DNA of 64,000 nucleotides from an uncultured Acidimicrobiales bacterium (GTDB lineage Bacteria > Actinomycetota > Acidimicrobiia > Acidimicrobiales > UBA10347). The notes below the pieces were generated by a model. The model was not told where the DNA came from. It made no database searches and saw nothing but the letters and a program-made list of their open reading frames with translations. Of the stretch, positions 30,981 to 46,103 are shown in pieces (position 1 is the stretch's first letter; the number at the start of each line of letters is the position of its first letter). The stretch spans positions 186,001-250,000 of the forward strand of contig CALSSD010000010.1 of NCBI GenBank assembly GCA_943788915.1. The letters run 5' to 3'. The position numbers and the translations under genes were made by a program.

Positions 30981-33900
30981 GTGGCAACTCGCGCTACAGC
31001 GCCTGTGCGTTACTCGTTCGGCAACCTCGAAGATGTTCTCGAACTTCCTGACCTCATTGCGATCCAGACCGAATCGTTCCAGTGGTTCTTGGACCATGGT
31101 TTGCAGCAGATCTTTCGCGACATCAGTCCGATCACGGACTTCTCGGAAAACCTGCAGCTTGAACTCGAGTTCGATGCAACCGACGAAGACCTTCGGCCAC
31201 CACCGAAGTTCACCGAGTCAGAATGTAAACGTCAAGACATGACGTTTAGCGCCCCGATCTTTGTGCGGGCGCGTTTCATGAACGCCGAAACCGGTGAAAT
31301 TAAAGAGCAGACCGTGTTCATGGGTGACTTCCCCATGATGACCGAGACCGGCACGTTCATCATCAACGGCACCGAACGTGTTGTCGTATCACAGTTGGTT
31401 CGCAGCCCAGGCGTGATCTTCCAGCCTGGCGAGCGTTACCGCCTGCGTAACCTCAGCAAGCATCAGCTTGTTACCGGCACCATCCACCCTTACCGCGGTG
31501 AATGGATCGAGTTCGATGTCGAGCAAAAGCCCGGCAAGGACGTCACCGCTGGTACCCGCGTTGCTCGCAAGCGCCGCTTGTCGATGTTCACGCTTATCCG
31601 TGCCCTCGGCTTCGACGAAGAGAACGCACCTGGTTTCTTGCCAGCGTTTGTTCGCCACTTCGACTTCCTCGAAGGCCAGTGGGAAGAAGACCAGACCAAG
31701 CTGCTGGCGCAGACCCAAGACGAAGCACTGCTTGAGATCTACAAGCGTGTTCGCCCAGGCGAGCCACCATCAGTCGAATCTGCTCGTAACTACTTCCGCA
31801 GCGCGTTCTTCGAGAGCCGTCGTTATGACCTGAGCCGGGTTGGTCGTTACAAGCTGAACCGCAAGCTTGGTCCAGAAATCAAGCGCATCGAAGAAACCTT
31901 CGGTATCGACCTCGAAGGCCCCGACGAGGATCACCCAGTTCTGACTCCGGCCGAGGTTCTCGCCAGCTGTACCTACCTGCTGCACCTGGTGCGAGCAGAA
32001 CCGGGCTACCGCCTCGATGACCAAGACCACTTCGCCAACCGTCGTATCCGTTCCGTGGGGGAACTGATTCAGAACCAGGTTCGCATCGGTCTTAGCCGCA
32101 TGGAACGTGTTGTGCGTGAGCGCATGACCACCCAAGACGTCGAGGCCATCACGCCACAGACGCTCATCAACATTCGTCCAGTTGTTGCCGCAGTAAAGGA
32201 GTTCTTCGGAACCTCTCAGCTGTCGCAGTTCATGGATCAGGTGAACCCACTTTCTGGTCTGACGCACCGCCGTCGCCTCTCAGCGCTCGGCCCAGGTGGT
32301 CTCAGCCGTGAACGAGCCGGCTTCGAAGTACGAGATGTGCACTTCAGCCACTACGGCCGTATGTGCCCGATCGAAACACCAGAAGGCCCGAACATCGGCC
32401 TTATCGGTGGTCTTGCCAGCTTCGCTCGTGTGAACGCCTTCGGCTTCATCGAGTCGCCTTACCGAGAGGTACACGACGGCGTCGTGCAGCACGACATCAT
32501 CCGCTACCTCGCAGCCGACGAGGAAGAGGAATACGTTGTTGCCCAGGCCAACGCCGAACTGAACCCCGATGGCACCTTCGCCACCGACAAGGTTCTTGTT
32601 CGTCGTTCACCACAGGCAGCAACCCTCGAAGGGCTGCGACTGCAGCTTGAACAGGATGTCTTCTTCGGTGCTACCACCGAGATCTCGTACGTGCCCGGCA
32701 AAGAAGTCCAGATGATGGACGTTTCGCCAAAGCAGATCATTTCGATCGCTACCGCACTCATCCCGTTCCTTGAGCACGACGATGCAAACCGGGCCCTGAT
32801 GGGTGCGAACATGCAGCGCCAGGCTGTGCCGTTGCTACGAGCAGAAGCGCCGTACATCGGTACTGGTGTCGAGGCTCGCGCCGCAAACGACGCTGCCAAC
32901 ATGATCCTTGCGCTCGACGACGGCACCATTGCCGAAGTCAACGGCAACTCAATCGTGGTCGACTACGCCGAACTCGGTCGCCACACCCACGTGCTGGCAA
33001 AGTTCAACCGTTCGAACCAGGACACCTGCATCAACCACAAGACCCGGGTCATGCTCGGCGACGAAGTCAAGAAGGGCCAGCTCATTTGCGACGGCCCATC
33101 CACTGACTGGGGTGAACTCGCTCTTGGTAAGAACCTGCTGGTGGCGTTCATGCCATGGCGCGGTTACAACTTTGAAGATGCGATCATCCTGAGCGAGCGC
33201 CTTGTCAAGGACGACGTGCTGACTTCGATCCACATTCACGAGCACGAAATTGATGCCCGTGATACCAAGCTTGGTCCGGAAGAAATCACTCGTGATATCC
33301 CGAACCTGAGCGACGAAATCCTGGCTGACCTCGACGAGCGCGGCATCATCCGTGTGGGCGCCGAAGTGAAGCCTGGCGATGTGCTGGTCGGCAAGGTTAC
33401 GCCCAAGGGCGAAACCGAGCTCACCCCTGAAGAACGACTGCTTCGTGCAATCTTCGGTGAGAAGGCCCGCGAAGTCCGTGACACGAGCCTCAAGGTTCCT
33501 CACGGCGAGCAGGGCAAGGTCACCAATGTTCGTGTCTTTAGTCGCGACGATGGCGACGAACTTCCTCCTGGTGTGAACCAGTTGGTTCGTGTCTATGTAG
33601 CCCAGAAGCGCAAGATCAGCGTTGGCGACAAGCTGGCTGGTCGACACGGCAACAAGGGTGTTATCTCTCGGATCCTTCCGATCGAAGACATGCCCTATCT
33701 CGAAGACGGCACTCACGTCGACGTCATCTTGAACCCGCTTGGTGTTCCAAGCCGAATGAACGTAGGCCAGGTGCTCGAATCGCACCTCGGTTACGCCGCT
33801 CGCTGGGGCTGGGATGTCGACGGCAAGAAGGTCGGCGACGATCCTATCTATGGCACCGAAACCAAGACCCGCCCGGTTACCAAACCATCGACGCTCGTAG

Positions 33901-34582
33901 CGACGCCGGTGTTCGATGGTGCCAAGTGGGACGAAGTCGGGTTGGCCGGTAAACACCCCACGATCCAAGAGATCCTGCGCAACATCAACCCCGAAACCGA
34001 AGATGGCGTTCGCCTCATCGGCGACGACGGCAAGGTGCAGCTGATCGATGGTCGTACCGGCGAGAAGTTCGACAACAAGACCACTGTTGGTTTCATGTAC
34101 ATCTTGAAACTGGCCCACCTGGTCGACGACAAGATCCACGCCCGTTCAACCGGTCCATACTCCATGATTACCCAGCAGCCACTCGGGGGTAAGGCCCAGT
34201 TCGGTGGCCAGCGCTTTGGTGAGATGGAAGTGTGGGCACTCGAGGCATACGGCGCCGCTTACTGCTTGCAGGAGCTGCTCACGATCAAGTCCGACGATGT
34301 GCTTGGCCGAGTCAAGGTCTATGAAGCCATTGTTAAGGGCGACAACATCCCTGAGCCTGGCATCCCTGAATCCTTCAAGGTGCTTATCAAGGAAATGCAG
34401 GCTCTTTGCCTGAACGTCGAGGTTCTCAACCACGACGGGTCTCACATTGAAATGCGTGAACTCGACGACGAAGTCTTCCGGGCAACCGAAGAACTCGGCA
34501 TCGACCTGTCACGTCCTGAGCGTGGTTCCGATGAGGAAGACGCTCGCAGAGCCCGAGAACGAGCCGAAAGGAGTGGCGTCTG

Positions 34583-34583
<1 letters not shown>
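30981..34583 (+). CDS. rpoB: RNA polymerase beta subunit
   Basis: [61 protein letters not shown]. Confidence 0.99.
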
Positions 34584-38512
<3,929 letters not shown>

Positions 38513-38528
38513 CCCGCACCACGTGCGT

Positions 38529-38571
38529 TTCTGAACCCGTCGGGCGCCGTATTCGCTCGCTTGGTTCAGAA
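38529..38571. repeat. 43-bp imperfect palindrome (TTCTGAACC...GGTTCAGAA)
   Basis: Arms identical to those at 12336-12377. Confidence 0.65.
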
Positions 38572-38589
38572 AGAGGTAGAGATTCGCTT

Positions 38590-38630
38590 CGGTCCGGCTG
38601 CTTTTGCAGCCGGACCGTTTGCGTTTTGTC
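38590..38630 (+). terminator. Intrinsic terminator of rpoBC
   Basis: CGGTCCGGCTGC-TTTT-GCAGCCGGACCG followed by a T-rich tail. Confidence 0.75.
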
Positions 38631-38808
38631 GTTTTGCGGTTGTGTTACAACGCTCACCGAAGGGTGGACAACTGTTGCTGATGGTGACAAAGTGGTTGGT
38701 GAGTAGGGCTCAGCAGGCCAGTTCTGGTCTGTTCTGGAGCGGGTGTCTAATGGAAGGCACTCACCAAACACACTCTCGACCCACCACATAGCGCATAGCT
38801 GCACACAA

Positions 38809-39200
38809 CTGCGCAAGCACGTCGGCGCCGATCAAGATCGGTGTTGCTTGCGCAGCATTCGCTGCCACTCTCGGGATCCTGCACGATCCCGTCACCCCTC
38901 AGTAGTGGCATGCTCAGGCCGGCCTTCTCACCTTCACGTCGGAAGAGTGGGGGGCCGGTTCTTTCGCGCCCGCAGGGAGTCCGATGGCAGTGCTCGTGGC
39001 GTCGTCGGGACTACGTGGGCAACGTCTCGGCGTTGGTACCCCGGCGTTCTTGCCCCTAGTGGGACTTGGGGCCTCTGTGGCATCTCCGCACCTGTCCCCA
39101 CGGTCGACAGGAACTCTGGAACCATGCGGGTGGGTTGTCGCCGGCGAATGGCAGGAGTTCAGTAGTGTGAAGTTCCCCGTCGAGTGGAGGGACATTCGCT
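38809..39200 (+). ncRNA. Candidate structured non-coding RNA (tandem stem-loops), unassigned
   Basis: At least six consecutive hairpins with G-U pairs favouring the + strand; no credible ORF. Confidence 0.35.
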
Positions 39201-39284
39201 GCCATCGATGCTGCAGTAATGGGAGGGGGTGGGTGGAGTGCTGACAGTTTCCTTGTTGTACCGATGAGGTGCGAGGATCGGCCG

Positions 39285-39953
39285 GTGACGAACGACTGGG
39301 ACCTCTTGCTCGGCGACCAGTTCGACCAGGAGTACTGGGTCGCTCTGCAGGCCTTTGTGCACGGCGAACGGGTGCAGCATCAGGTGTTTCCCGATGACGA
39401 GGACGTATACAACGCGCTTGACCTCACGCCTTATGCGAACGTTCGGGTCGTGATTCTCGGGCAAGACCCTTATCACGGGCCCGGCCAGGCCCACGGCTTG
39501 AGTTTCTCGGTGCGTCACGGCGTTGCTGTGCCACCATCGCTCCGCAACATCTACAAAGAGCTTGAGGACGATCTCGGTGTCGAACGTCCCGAGCATGGCA
39601 ATCTCGAGGCCTGGGCTCGCAACGGCGTGCTCCTCTTGAACTCGGTGCTCACCGTCCGGGCTCATGATGCTGGCAGTCATCGCAAACAAGGCTGGGAGAC
39701 CTTCACCGACCGCATTATCCAACTCGTCTCCGATAAACCCGAGCCGGTTGTGTTCATGCTGTGGGGGAACTTCGCCCGATCAAAAGCAGCGTTGATTGCG
39801 GACCGTCATCACATCATCGAGTCTCCGCATCCGTCGCCGCTGTCTGCTTCTCGTGGCTTCTTCGGCACGAAGCCGTTTAGTAGCGCCAACGATGCGCTTG
39901 TTACCGCAGGGCGAGACCCCGTCGACTGGACACTTCCGCCTAGTAGTGACTGA
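39285..39953 (+). CDS. ung: Uracil-DNA glycosylase, family 1
   Basis: GQDPYHG, PPSLRNIYKEL, GVLLLNSVLTV, HPSPLSA. Confidence 0.95.
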   Translation: MTNDWDLLLGDQFDQEYWVALQAFVHGERVQHQVFPDDEDVYNALDLTPYANVRVVILGQDPYHGPGQAHGLSFSVRHGVAVPPSLRNIYKELEDDLGVERPEHGNLEAWARNGVLLLNSVLTVRAHDAGSHRKQGWETFTDRIIQLVSDKPEPVVFMLWGNFARSKAALIADRHHIIESPHPSPLSASRGFFGTKPFSSANDALVTAGRDPVDWTLPPSSD

Positions 39954-40120
39954 CTTCGTCGATCCCAAGCCCCTCGCCATCGCGGCGGACTCCCTCCGAG
40001 TACGTGCGAATTGGTGGCGGTGACCTGCCCGAGGTGGGAGGCTTAGTCAGCCGTGTTGTGCGGCCTGCAACGTTGCAGTGGTGCGCATTCGTAGCTTCGG
40101 CGGCATCGAATGCGAACGTG

Positions 40121-40714
40121 TTAGCTGTTCAGTAGGTTGGCTAATACGGATCGCAATTCCGGGATGCCGGTGCCCTTCTCTGCACTAACCCAGCGGATAT
40201 CGCCCGAAGTCATCTGAAGTTTCTCCGCAGCTTTCTTCTGCTTTTTGGATCTGTCACCTGACTTGATCTTGTCGACCTTGGTCCCGACCACAACAAACGC
40301 CAGATCGATTTCACGTAACCAATCGATCGTCTGGAGATCGAGTGCAGTAGGCCCGACGTTTGCATCGATGAGCACCACTGCGTGCGTGAGTGGTTCCCGT
40401 TCAAGCACATAGTCGTTGATCATGGTGGCCATGGCGCGCTGTCGGTTCTTTGAAAGCTTGGCAAATCCATAACCCGGCAGGTCGACAAGCCATCGACCCG
40501 AATCTTCGTCGCCGAACTCATAGATGTTGAGCAGTTGGGTTGCGCCGGGAGTCTTCGAAGTCTTCGCAAGCTTGTTTCGGTTCGCAATCGCATTGATGAG
40601 CGACGACTTGCCAACGTTCGACCGGCCGACAATGGCGATCTCATTGACCGACTCGGGCAGTTGGTTGTGGGCGCTTGCAGATCGCAAGAACCGCAAGGGG
40701 AGTGGCACAGACAT
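40121..40714 (-). CDS. engB: Ribosome biogenesis GTPase YihA/YsxC
   Basis: EIAIVGRSNVGKSSLIN, TSKTPGAT, VDLPGYGFAK, TKVDK, VSA. Confidence 0.92.
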   Translation of the reverse strand: MSVPLPLRFLRSASAHNQLPESVNEIAIVGRSNVGKSSLINAIANRNKLAKTSKTPGATQLLNIYEFGDEDSGRWLVDLPGYGFAKLSKNRQRAMATMINDYVLEREPLTHAVVLIDANVGPTALDLQTIDWLREIDLAFVVVGTKVDKIKSGDRSKKQKKAAEKLQMTSGDIRWVSAEKGTGIPELRSVLANLLNS

Positions 40715-41146
40715 CACCTTTACGATACCCACGATGTCTCGCTGGCGGCCTTTCAGGGCCGCGTGCACCAAACTTGCGCCACGGCGAGCACCGCGGATGA
40801 TGGTCGACCGGTGGCCGAACAAGCGCGAAGTCGAATTTGCGAAGTTCTTCACCGTCCAACCATGAGGGAGCGGTCGGTTTCTCGACGCCAACACGGGTCC
40901 AGCCCCGTGCCAGGAAGACGCGACCAGAAAACAGGGCCATGCGAATCAACACGATCTGGCTCCTTTCCTTCAGCGAACGGAGAGATTCGGCGTCGTTATC
41001 AGACGTTGCTGAGAAGCACGTCATTGACTCCCTTTCGCCTTCAAGCTGAGACGAATCCTGGCGTCACCTGGTTGTGTCAGCGCTAAGAATGCGGACATGC
41101 AGTGCAAAGTGCCCTGGGAAGGAACTCGCAATTGTTTTCGCGCGGG

Positions 41147-41175
41147 TTGTGCAGTTGTTGACGGCTTCGTAGGCT
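41147..41175 (+). promoter_or_regulatory. Putative housekeeping-sigma promoter of the str operon
   Basis: TTGTGC-17-TAGGCT, ~125 nt before rpsL. Confidence 0.5.
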
Positions 41176-41299
41176 TGTCTGCTGGCCCAGCGGCCTGTTG
41201 CTGTCCGCTGCGCTAACGCTGTCTCACGAGGCTTTCACGCCTCGCTCAGCACCCAGTTGCAAATTCGAAACGTAACGCCACCGAAATTCAGGAATCACT

Positions 41300-41671
41300 G
41301 TGCCCACCATTCAACAGCTTGTCCGCAAGGGACGCGATGCGAAGTTCCGCAAGGAAAAGACGCCAGCACTCAAAGGTGCTCCTCAGCGTCGTGGTGTATG
41401 CACACGCGTGTATACCGCTACTCCTAAGAAGCCGAACTCAGCACTGCGTAAGGTCGCCCGTGTGCGACTGACTTCTGGCATTGAAGTCACCGCGTACATT
41501 CCTGGCGAAGGCCACAACCTGCAAGAGCACTCAATCGTGCTCGTGCGTGGCGGTCGTGTAAAAGACCTCCCTGGTGTGCGTTACAAGATTGTCCGAGGCA
41601 CGCTTGACTCCAGTGGTGTCGACAAGCGTCGCCAGGCACGTAGCCGCTATGGCGCAAAGAAGGCTCAGTAA
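41300..41671 (+). CDS. rpsL: 30S ribosomal protein S12
   Basis: [28 protein letters not shown]. Confidence 0.99.
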   Translation: MPTIQQLVRKGRDAKFRKEKTPALKGAPQRRGVCTRVYTATPKKPNSALRKVARVRLTSGIEVTAYIPGEGHNLQEHSIVLVRGGRVKDLPGVRYKIVRGTLDSSGVDKRRQARSRYGAKKAQ

Positions 41672-42138
41672 TGCGTAAGAATGCTGCACCTCGCCGCGAT
41701 GTTCCCGCCGACCCGTTGTACGACTCGGTTCTTGTAACCCAGATCATCAACAAGGTCTTGCAGGACGGCAAACGTTCGACTGCTGAGCGCATCGTGTACA
41801 CCGCACTCGCGACCGTTGCTGAAAAGACCAGCGAAGATCCAGTAGCGACGCTCAAGCGCGCTGTCGAAAACGTGAAGCCGCCTCTCGAGGTCCGAAGCCG
41901 CCGTGTTGGTGGCGCCACCTACCAGGTGCCCGTTGAAGTTCGCCCCAAGCGTGCAAACACTCTGGCTATCCGGTGGGTTGTTGACTTCGCTCGCTCCCGT
42001 CGCGAACGCACGATGGCCGAACGTCTGGCCAATGAGATCATGGATGCCGGCAACGGCATCGGCGCAGCAGTCAAGAAGCGCGACGATCTTCAGAAGATGG
42101 CTGACAGCAACAAGGCCTTCGCCCACTACCGCTGGTAG
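41671..42138 (+). CDS. rpsG: 30S ribosomal protein S7
   Basis: [23 protein letters not shown]. Confidence 0.99.
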   Translation: MRKNAAPRRDVPADPLYDSVLVTQIINKVLQDGKRSTAERIVYTALATVAEKTSEDPVATLKRAVENVKPPLEVRSRRVGGATYQVPVEVRPKRANTLAIRWVVDFARSRRERTMAERLANEIMDAGNGIGAAVKKRDDLQKMADSNKAFAHYRW

Positions 42139-42263
42139 CTGATCCCGGCGGGGTGTCGACCCTGCCTGCCGTCTAGATCTACCTGGGCACGAGCCAGCGA
42201 CTCCGCTGGTCGACTTCCAACGTTTCCTCCCCCCAACCACCGCTTTACACACAAGGCAAGCCA

Positions 42264-44372
42264 ATGGCACGACATCCCCTCAACAAAGTTCGCAACATCG
42301 GCATCATGGCGCATATCGATGCTGGTAAGACGACCACGACCGAGCGCATTTTGTACTACACCGGCGTGAACTACAAGATCGGTGAAGTTCACGATGGCGG
42401 CGCCACCATGGACTGGATGGAGCAGGAACAGGAACGTGGCATCACGATCACATCTGCTGCAACCACCTGCTACTGGGGCGAAGGCGACGCCAAGCACAAG
42501 ATCAACATCATCGACACCCCTGGCCACGTTGACTTCACCGTCGAGGTAGAACGCTCACTGCGTGTTCTCGACGGTGCCGTTGCCGTGTTCGACGGCGTTG
42601 CTGGAGTGGAGCCACAGTCCGAAACCGTGTGGCGTCAGGCCGACAAGTACGGCGTACCTCGTATGTGTTTCGTCAACAAGCTTGACCGCACCGGTGCCGA
42701 CTTCTTCTACTGCCTTGACACCATCAAGGAACGCCTAACCCAAGATGTTGCAGTTCTGCAGCTTCCTATCGGCTCCGAGGGCGGCTTCTCTGGTGTTGTT
42801 GACTTGGTGCGAATGAAGGCGCTCGTCTGGCCTACCGGCACCGACGAAACCGACCTTGGAGCAACCTACGACATCGTTGATATCCCTGACGATCTCCAAG
42901 ATCAGGCCCAGGAGTACCGCGAACTGCTCATGGATGCAGTTTCTGGTTACGACGAAGCCATCATGGAGAAGTACCTCGAGGGCGAAGACATCGGCCTCGA
43001 CGAACTCAAAGCTTCAATCCGCCATGGCGCCATCACCGGCGAAATCGTGCCCGTCCTCATGGGTACCGCATTCAAGAACAAGGGCGTGCAACCTCTGCTC
43101 GACGCCGTTGTCGACTACATGCCATCGCCGCTCGATATCCCTGAGATCAAGGGCACGAATCCTCGCAACGAAGAAGAAGTACTGATCCGTCACCCTGATG
43201 ACAGCGAGCCGTTCTCGGCGCTGGCGTTCAAGCTGATGACGATCGATCAACGTGAAGGCCGTTTGACCTTCGCCCGTATCTACAGCGGCACGTTGGAAAA
43301 GGGTTCGTTCGTGATGAACACCCGTAGCGGTCGCAAGGAGCGCATCGGGCGTCTCCTCGAAATGAACTCTGCGGCAAAGCAGGACCTCGACATCGCCTAT
43401 GCCGGCGACATCGTGGCCTTCCTTGGCCTCAAGGACATGCGTACCGGTGACACCCTCACCGACGAAAAAGAACAAATCGTTCTTGAAAACCTGACCTTCC
43501 CTGAACCGGTGGTCGACGTTTCGATCGAGCCAAACTCGAAAGCAGACCAAGACAAGCTGGGCAACGCTCTGGCCACGCTGTCGGCTGAAGACCCCACGTT
43601 CCGGGTTGAAACCAACATTGAAACCGGCCAGACCATCATCAGCGGCATGGGTGAGCTTCACCTCGAAGTTCTCGTCGACCGCATGATGCGTGAGTTCAAG
43701 GTCGAAGCGACCGTTGGCCGCCCCCAGGTGGCCTACCGCGAGACGATCTCCAAGACGCTCCCGAACTACACCTACACCCACAAGAAACAATCAGGTGGTT
43801 CCGGTCAGTTTGCGGTGATCAGCTGCACCCTTGAGCCGAACCCCGGAAACGGTTTCGAGTTCGAGTCAAAAATCAGCGGTGGTTCCATTCCTAAGGAATA
43901 CATCGCTCCGGTGGAACAAGGCATCAAGGAAGCCATGAGCAATGGCGTCCTTACCGGCTTCCAGACCGTTGATATCAAGGTCACGCTCGAAGACGGCAAA
44001 ACGCACGACGTTGACTCGTCGGAGATGGCATTCAAGATCGCAGGCAACGCCTGGTTCCGTGAAGCCGCCCGCCAGGCCAAGCCAAAGCTGCTTGAGCCAA
44101 TGATGGCTGTCGAAGTTGTCACCCCCGACGATTTCCTCGGTGACGTCGTCGGCGATGTCAACGCCCGCCGCGGCCAGGTGCAAGGCACCGAGTCCCGCGG
44201 CCTCAACAAGATCGTTAACGCACTGGTTCCACTGTCGGAGATGTTTGGCTACGCTAACGATCTTCGTTCACGCACCCAGGGCCGAGCGAGTTACTCGATG
44301 CTGTTCGACTCTTACAAAGAGACGCCAGCATCAGTGCAAGAAGAAATCGTCAAGCGGATTCGCGGTGAGTGA
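42264..44372 (+). CDS. fusA: Elongation factor G
   Basis: [32 protein letters not shown]. Confidence 0.99.
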   Translation: MARHPLNKVRNIGIMAHIDAGKTTTTERILYYTGVNYKIGEVHDGGATMDWMEQEQERGITITSAATTCYWGEGDAKHKINIIDTPGHVDFTVEVERSLRVLDGAVAVFDGVAGVEPQSETVWRQADKYGVPRMCFVNKLDRTGADFFYCLDTIKERLTQDVAVLQLPIGSEGGFSGVVDLVRMKALVWPTGTDETDLGATYDIVDIPDDLQDQAQEYRELLMDAVSGYDEAIMEKYLEGEDIGLDELKASIRHGAITGEIVPVLMGTAFKNKGVQPLLDAVVDYMPSPLDIPEIKGTNPRNEEEVLIRHPDDSEPFSALAFKLMTIDQREGRLTFARIYSGTLEKGSFVMNTRSGRKERIGRLLEMNSAAKQDLDIAYAGDIVAFLGLKDMRTGDTLTDEKEQIVLENLTFPEPVVDVSIEPNSKADQDKLGNALATLSAEDPTFRVETNIETGQTIISGMGELHLEVLVDRMMREFKVEATVGRPQVAYRETISKTLPNYTYTHKKQSGGSGQFAVISCTLEPNPGNGFEFESKISGGSIPKEYIAPVEQGIKEAMSNGVLTGFQTVDIKVTLEDGKTHDVDSSEMAFKIAGNAWFREAARQAKPKLLEPMMAVEVVTPDDFLGDVVGDVNARRGQVQGTESRGLNKIVNALVPLSEMFGYANDLRSRTQGRASYSMLFDSYKETPASVQEEIVKRIRGE

Positions 44373-44436
44373 ACATGGCTGACGTACAAATCCCCCAAAC
44401 CACCCACCACCAGTCCCGTCTGAGGAGAAACTAGAG

Positions 44437-45624
44437 ATGTCGAAGGCCAACTTCGAGCGCAATAAGCCGCACGTAAACGTCGGAACCATGGGTCATATCG
44501 ACCATGGCAAGACGACCCTGACCGCTGCAATCACCAAGGTGCTTGCAGACAATGTCGAAGGTTCGGAATTCACCGACTTCGCAAACATCGACAAGGCGCC
44601 AGAAGAGCGTGAGCGCGGTATCACGATCAACGTTTCACACGTTGAGTACGAAACCGAGAACCGCCACTACGCCCACGTGGACATGCCAGGTCACGCTGAC
44701 TACATCAAGAACATGATCACTGGTGCGGCTCAGGTCGACGGTGCCATCTTGGTTGTATCAGCAGCCGATGGTCCTATGCCCCAGACCCGTGAGCACGTAT
44801 TGCTCGCTCGCCAGGTTGGCGTGCCAAAGATCATCGTGGCACTCAACAAGGTTGACATGGTCGACGACGAAGAGCTGATCGAGCTCGTCGAAATGGAAGT
44901 TCGCGAACTTCTCGACGAGTACGACTTCCCTGGCGACGACACACCAATCGTTCCGGTGAGCGCACTCAAGGCTCTCGAAGGCGACGAAGCGGCTGCCGCA
45001 GCCATCCTTGACCTCATGGCGCAGGTGGATGACTACATCCCAACGCCAGAGCGTGACCTCGACAAGCCATTCCTGATGCCGATCGAAGACGTGTTCTCGA
45101 TCACCGGTCGTGGCACCGTGGTAACCGGCAAGGTTGAGCAGGGCATCGTTAACACCGGTGACTCCATCGAAATCATTGGTATCCGCGACACGCAGACCAC
45201 CACCTGTACGGGTGTGGAAATGTTCCGCAAGCTGCTCGACACCGGCCAAGCTGGCGACAACATCGGCGCTTTGCTCCGTGGTATCGACAAGGACCAGGTC
45301 CAGCGTGGCCAGGTGCTTGCCAAGCCCGGCAGCATCACCCCACACACCAAGTTTGAGGCCGAGGTCTACGTACTGACCCAGGGTGAAGGCGGCCGTCACA
45401 AGCCATTCTTCTCGAACTACCGCCCTCAGTTCTACTTCCGCACCACCGACATCACCGGTGAAATCATGCTTCCAGACGGCACCGAGATGTGCATGCCTGG
45501 TGACAACACCCAGATGACGGTTGAGCTGATCAACCCGATCGCAATGGACGAAGGTCTTCGCTTCGCTATCCGCGAAGGTGGCCGCACCGTTGGTGCTGGC
45601 GCCGTAACAAAGATCCTCGAGTAG
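44437..45624 (+). CDS. tuf: Elongation factor Tu
   Basis: [31 protein letters not shown]. Confidence 0.99.
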   Translation: MSKANFERNKPHVNVGTMGHIDHGKTTLTAAITKVLADNVEGSEFTDFANIDKAPEERERGITINVSHVEYETENRHYAHVDMPGHADYIKNMITGAAQVDGAILVVSAADGPMPQTREHVLLARQVGVPKIIVALNKVDMVDDEELIELVEMEVRELLDEYDFPGDDTPIVPVSALKALEGDEAAAAAILDLMAQVDDYIPTPERDLDKPFLMPIEDVFSITGRGTVVTGKVEQGIVNTGDSIEIIGIRDTQTTTCTGVEMFRKLLDTGQAGDNIGALLRGIDKDQVQRGQVLAKPGSITPHTKFEAEVYVLTQGEGGRHKPFFSNYRPQFYFRTTDITGEIMLPDGTEMCMPGDNTQMTVELINPIAMDEGLRFAIREGGRTVGAGAVTKILE

Positions 45625-45634
45625 GAACCCTCTC

Positions 45635-45955
45635 ATGGCTGCTGCACAAAAAATCCGTATTCGCCTCAAGGCCTACGACCACGAGGTAATCGATCAATCG
45701 ACCAAGAAGATCGTCGAAACGGTCAAGCGCACGCAGGCCGAGGTTCGTGGTCCGATCCCGCTTCCCACTCGGAAGCACCGGTTCACCGTGATTCGGTCCC
45801 CGCACAAGTACAAGGACAGCCGCGAGCACTTCGAAATGCGAGTGCATAAGCGTCTGCTCGACATCCACGATCCGTCACCAAAGACGGTTGATTCGCTTCA
45901 GCGTCTCGACCTGCCTGCAGGTGTCGACATCGAGATCAAGATCCAACAGGCTTAG
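45635..45955 (+). CDS. rpsJ: 30S ribosomal protein S10
   Basis: [25 protein letters not shown]. Confidence 0.99.
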   Translation: MAAAQKIRIRLKAYDHEVIDQSTKKIVETVKRTQAEVRGPIPLPTRKHRFTVIRSPHKYKDSREHFEMRVHKRLLDIHDPSPKTVDSLQRLDLPAGVDIEIKIQQA

Positions 45956-45996
45956 CCCGTTGATCAGGGCAAGCATCGCTTGACCCGAACGACCTG

Positions 45997-46043
45997 AAAG
46001 ACCCCGGAGCTCTCAGAGTTCCGGGGTCTTTGTCGTTTTCTTT
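45997..46043. terminator. Strong, probably bidirectional intrinsic terminator after rpsJ
   Basis: AAAGACCCCGGAGCTC-TCA-GAGTTCCGGGGTCTTT followed by a T-rich tail. Confidence 0.85.
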
Positions 46044-46103
46044 GAGTCGACAATCGGCAGATGTACGTGCGAGTGCCGATGCCGTTGTTGGTCCAGACGT
46101 TGG

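Noticed and set aside
32200..32345. Rifampicin-resistance alleles in RpoB
   Set aside because: The key Q, D, H and S residues of the resistance-determining region are wild-type ([20 protein letters not shown]).
40715..41050. ORFs between engB and rpsL
   Set aside because: No recognisable domain and no convincing start signals; treated as intergenic.
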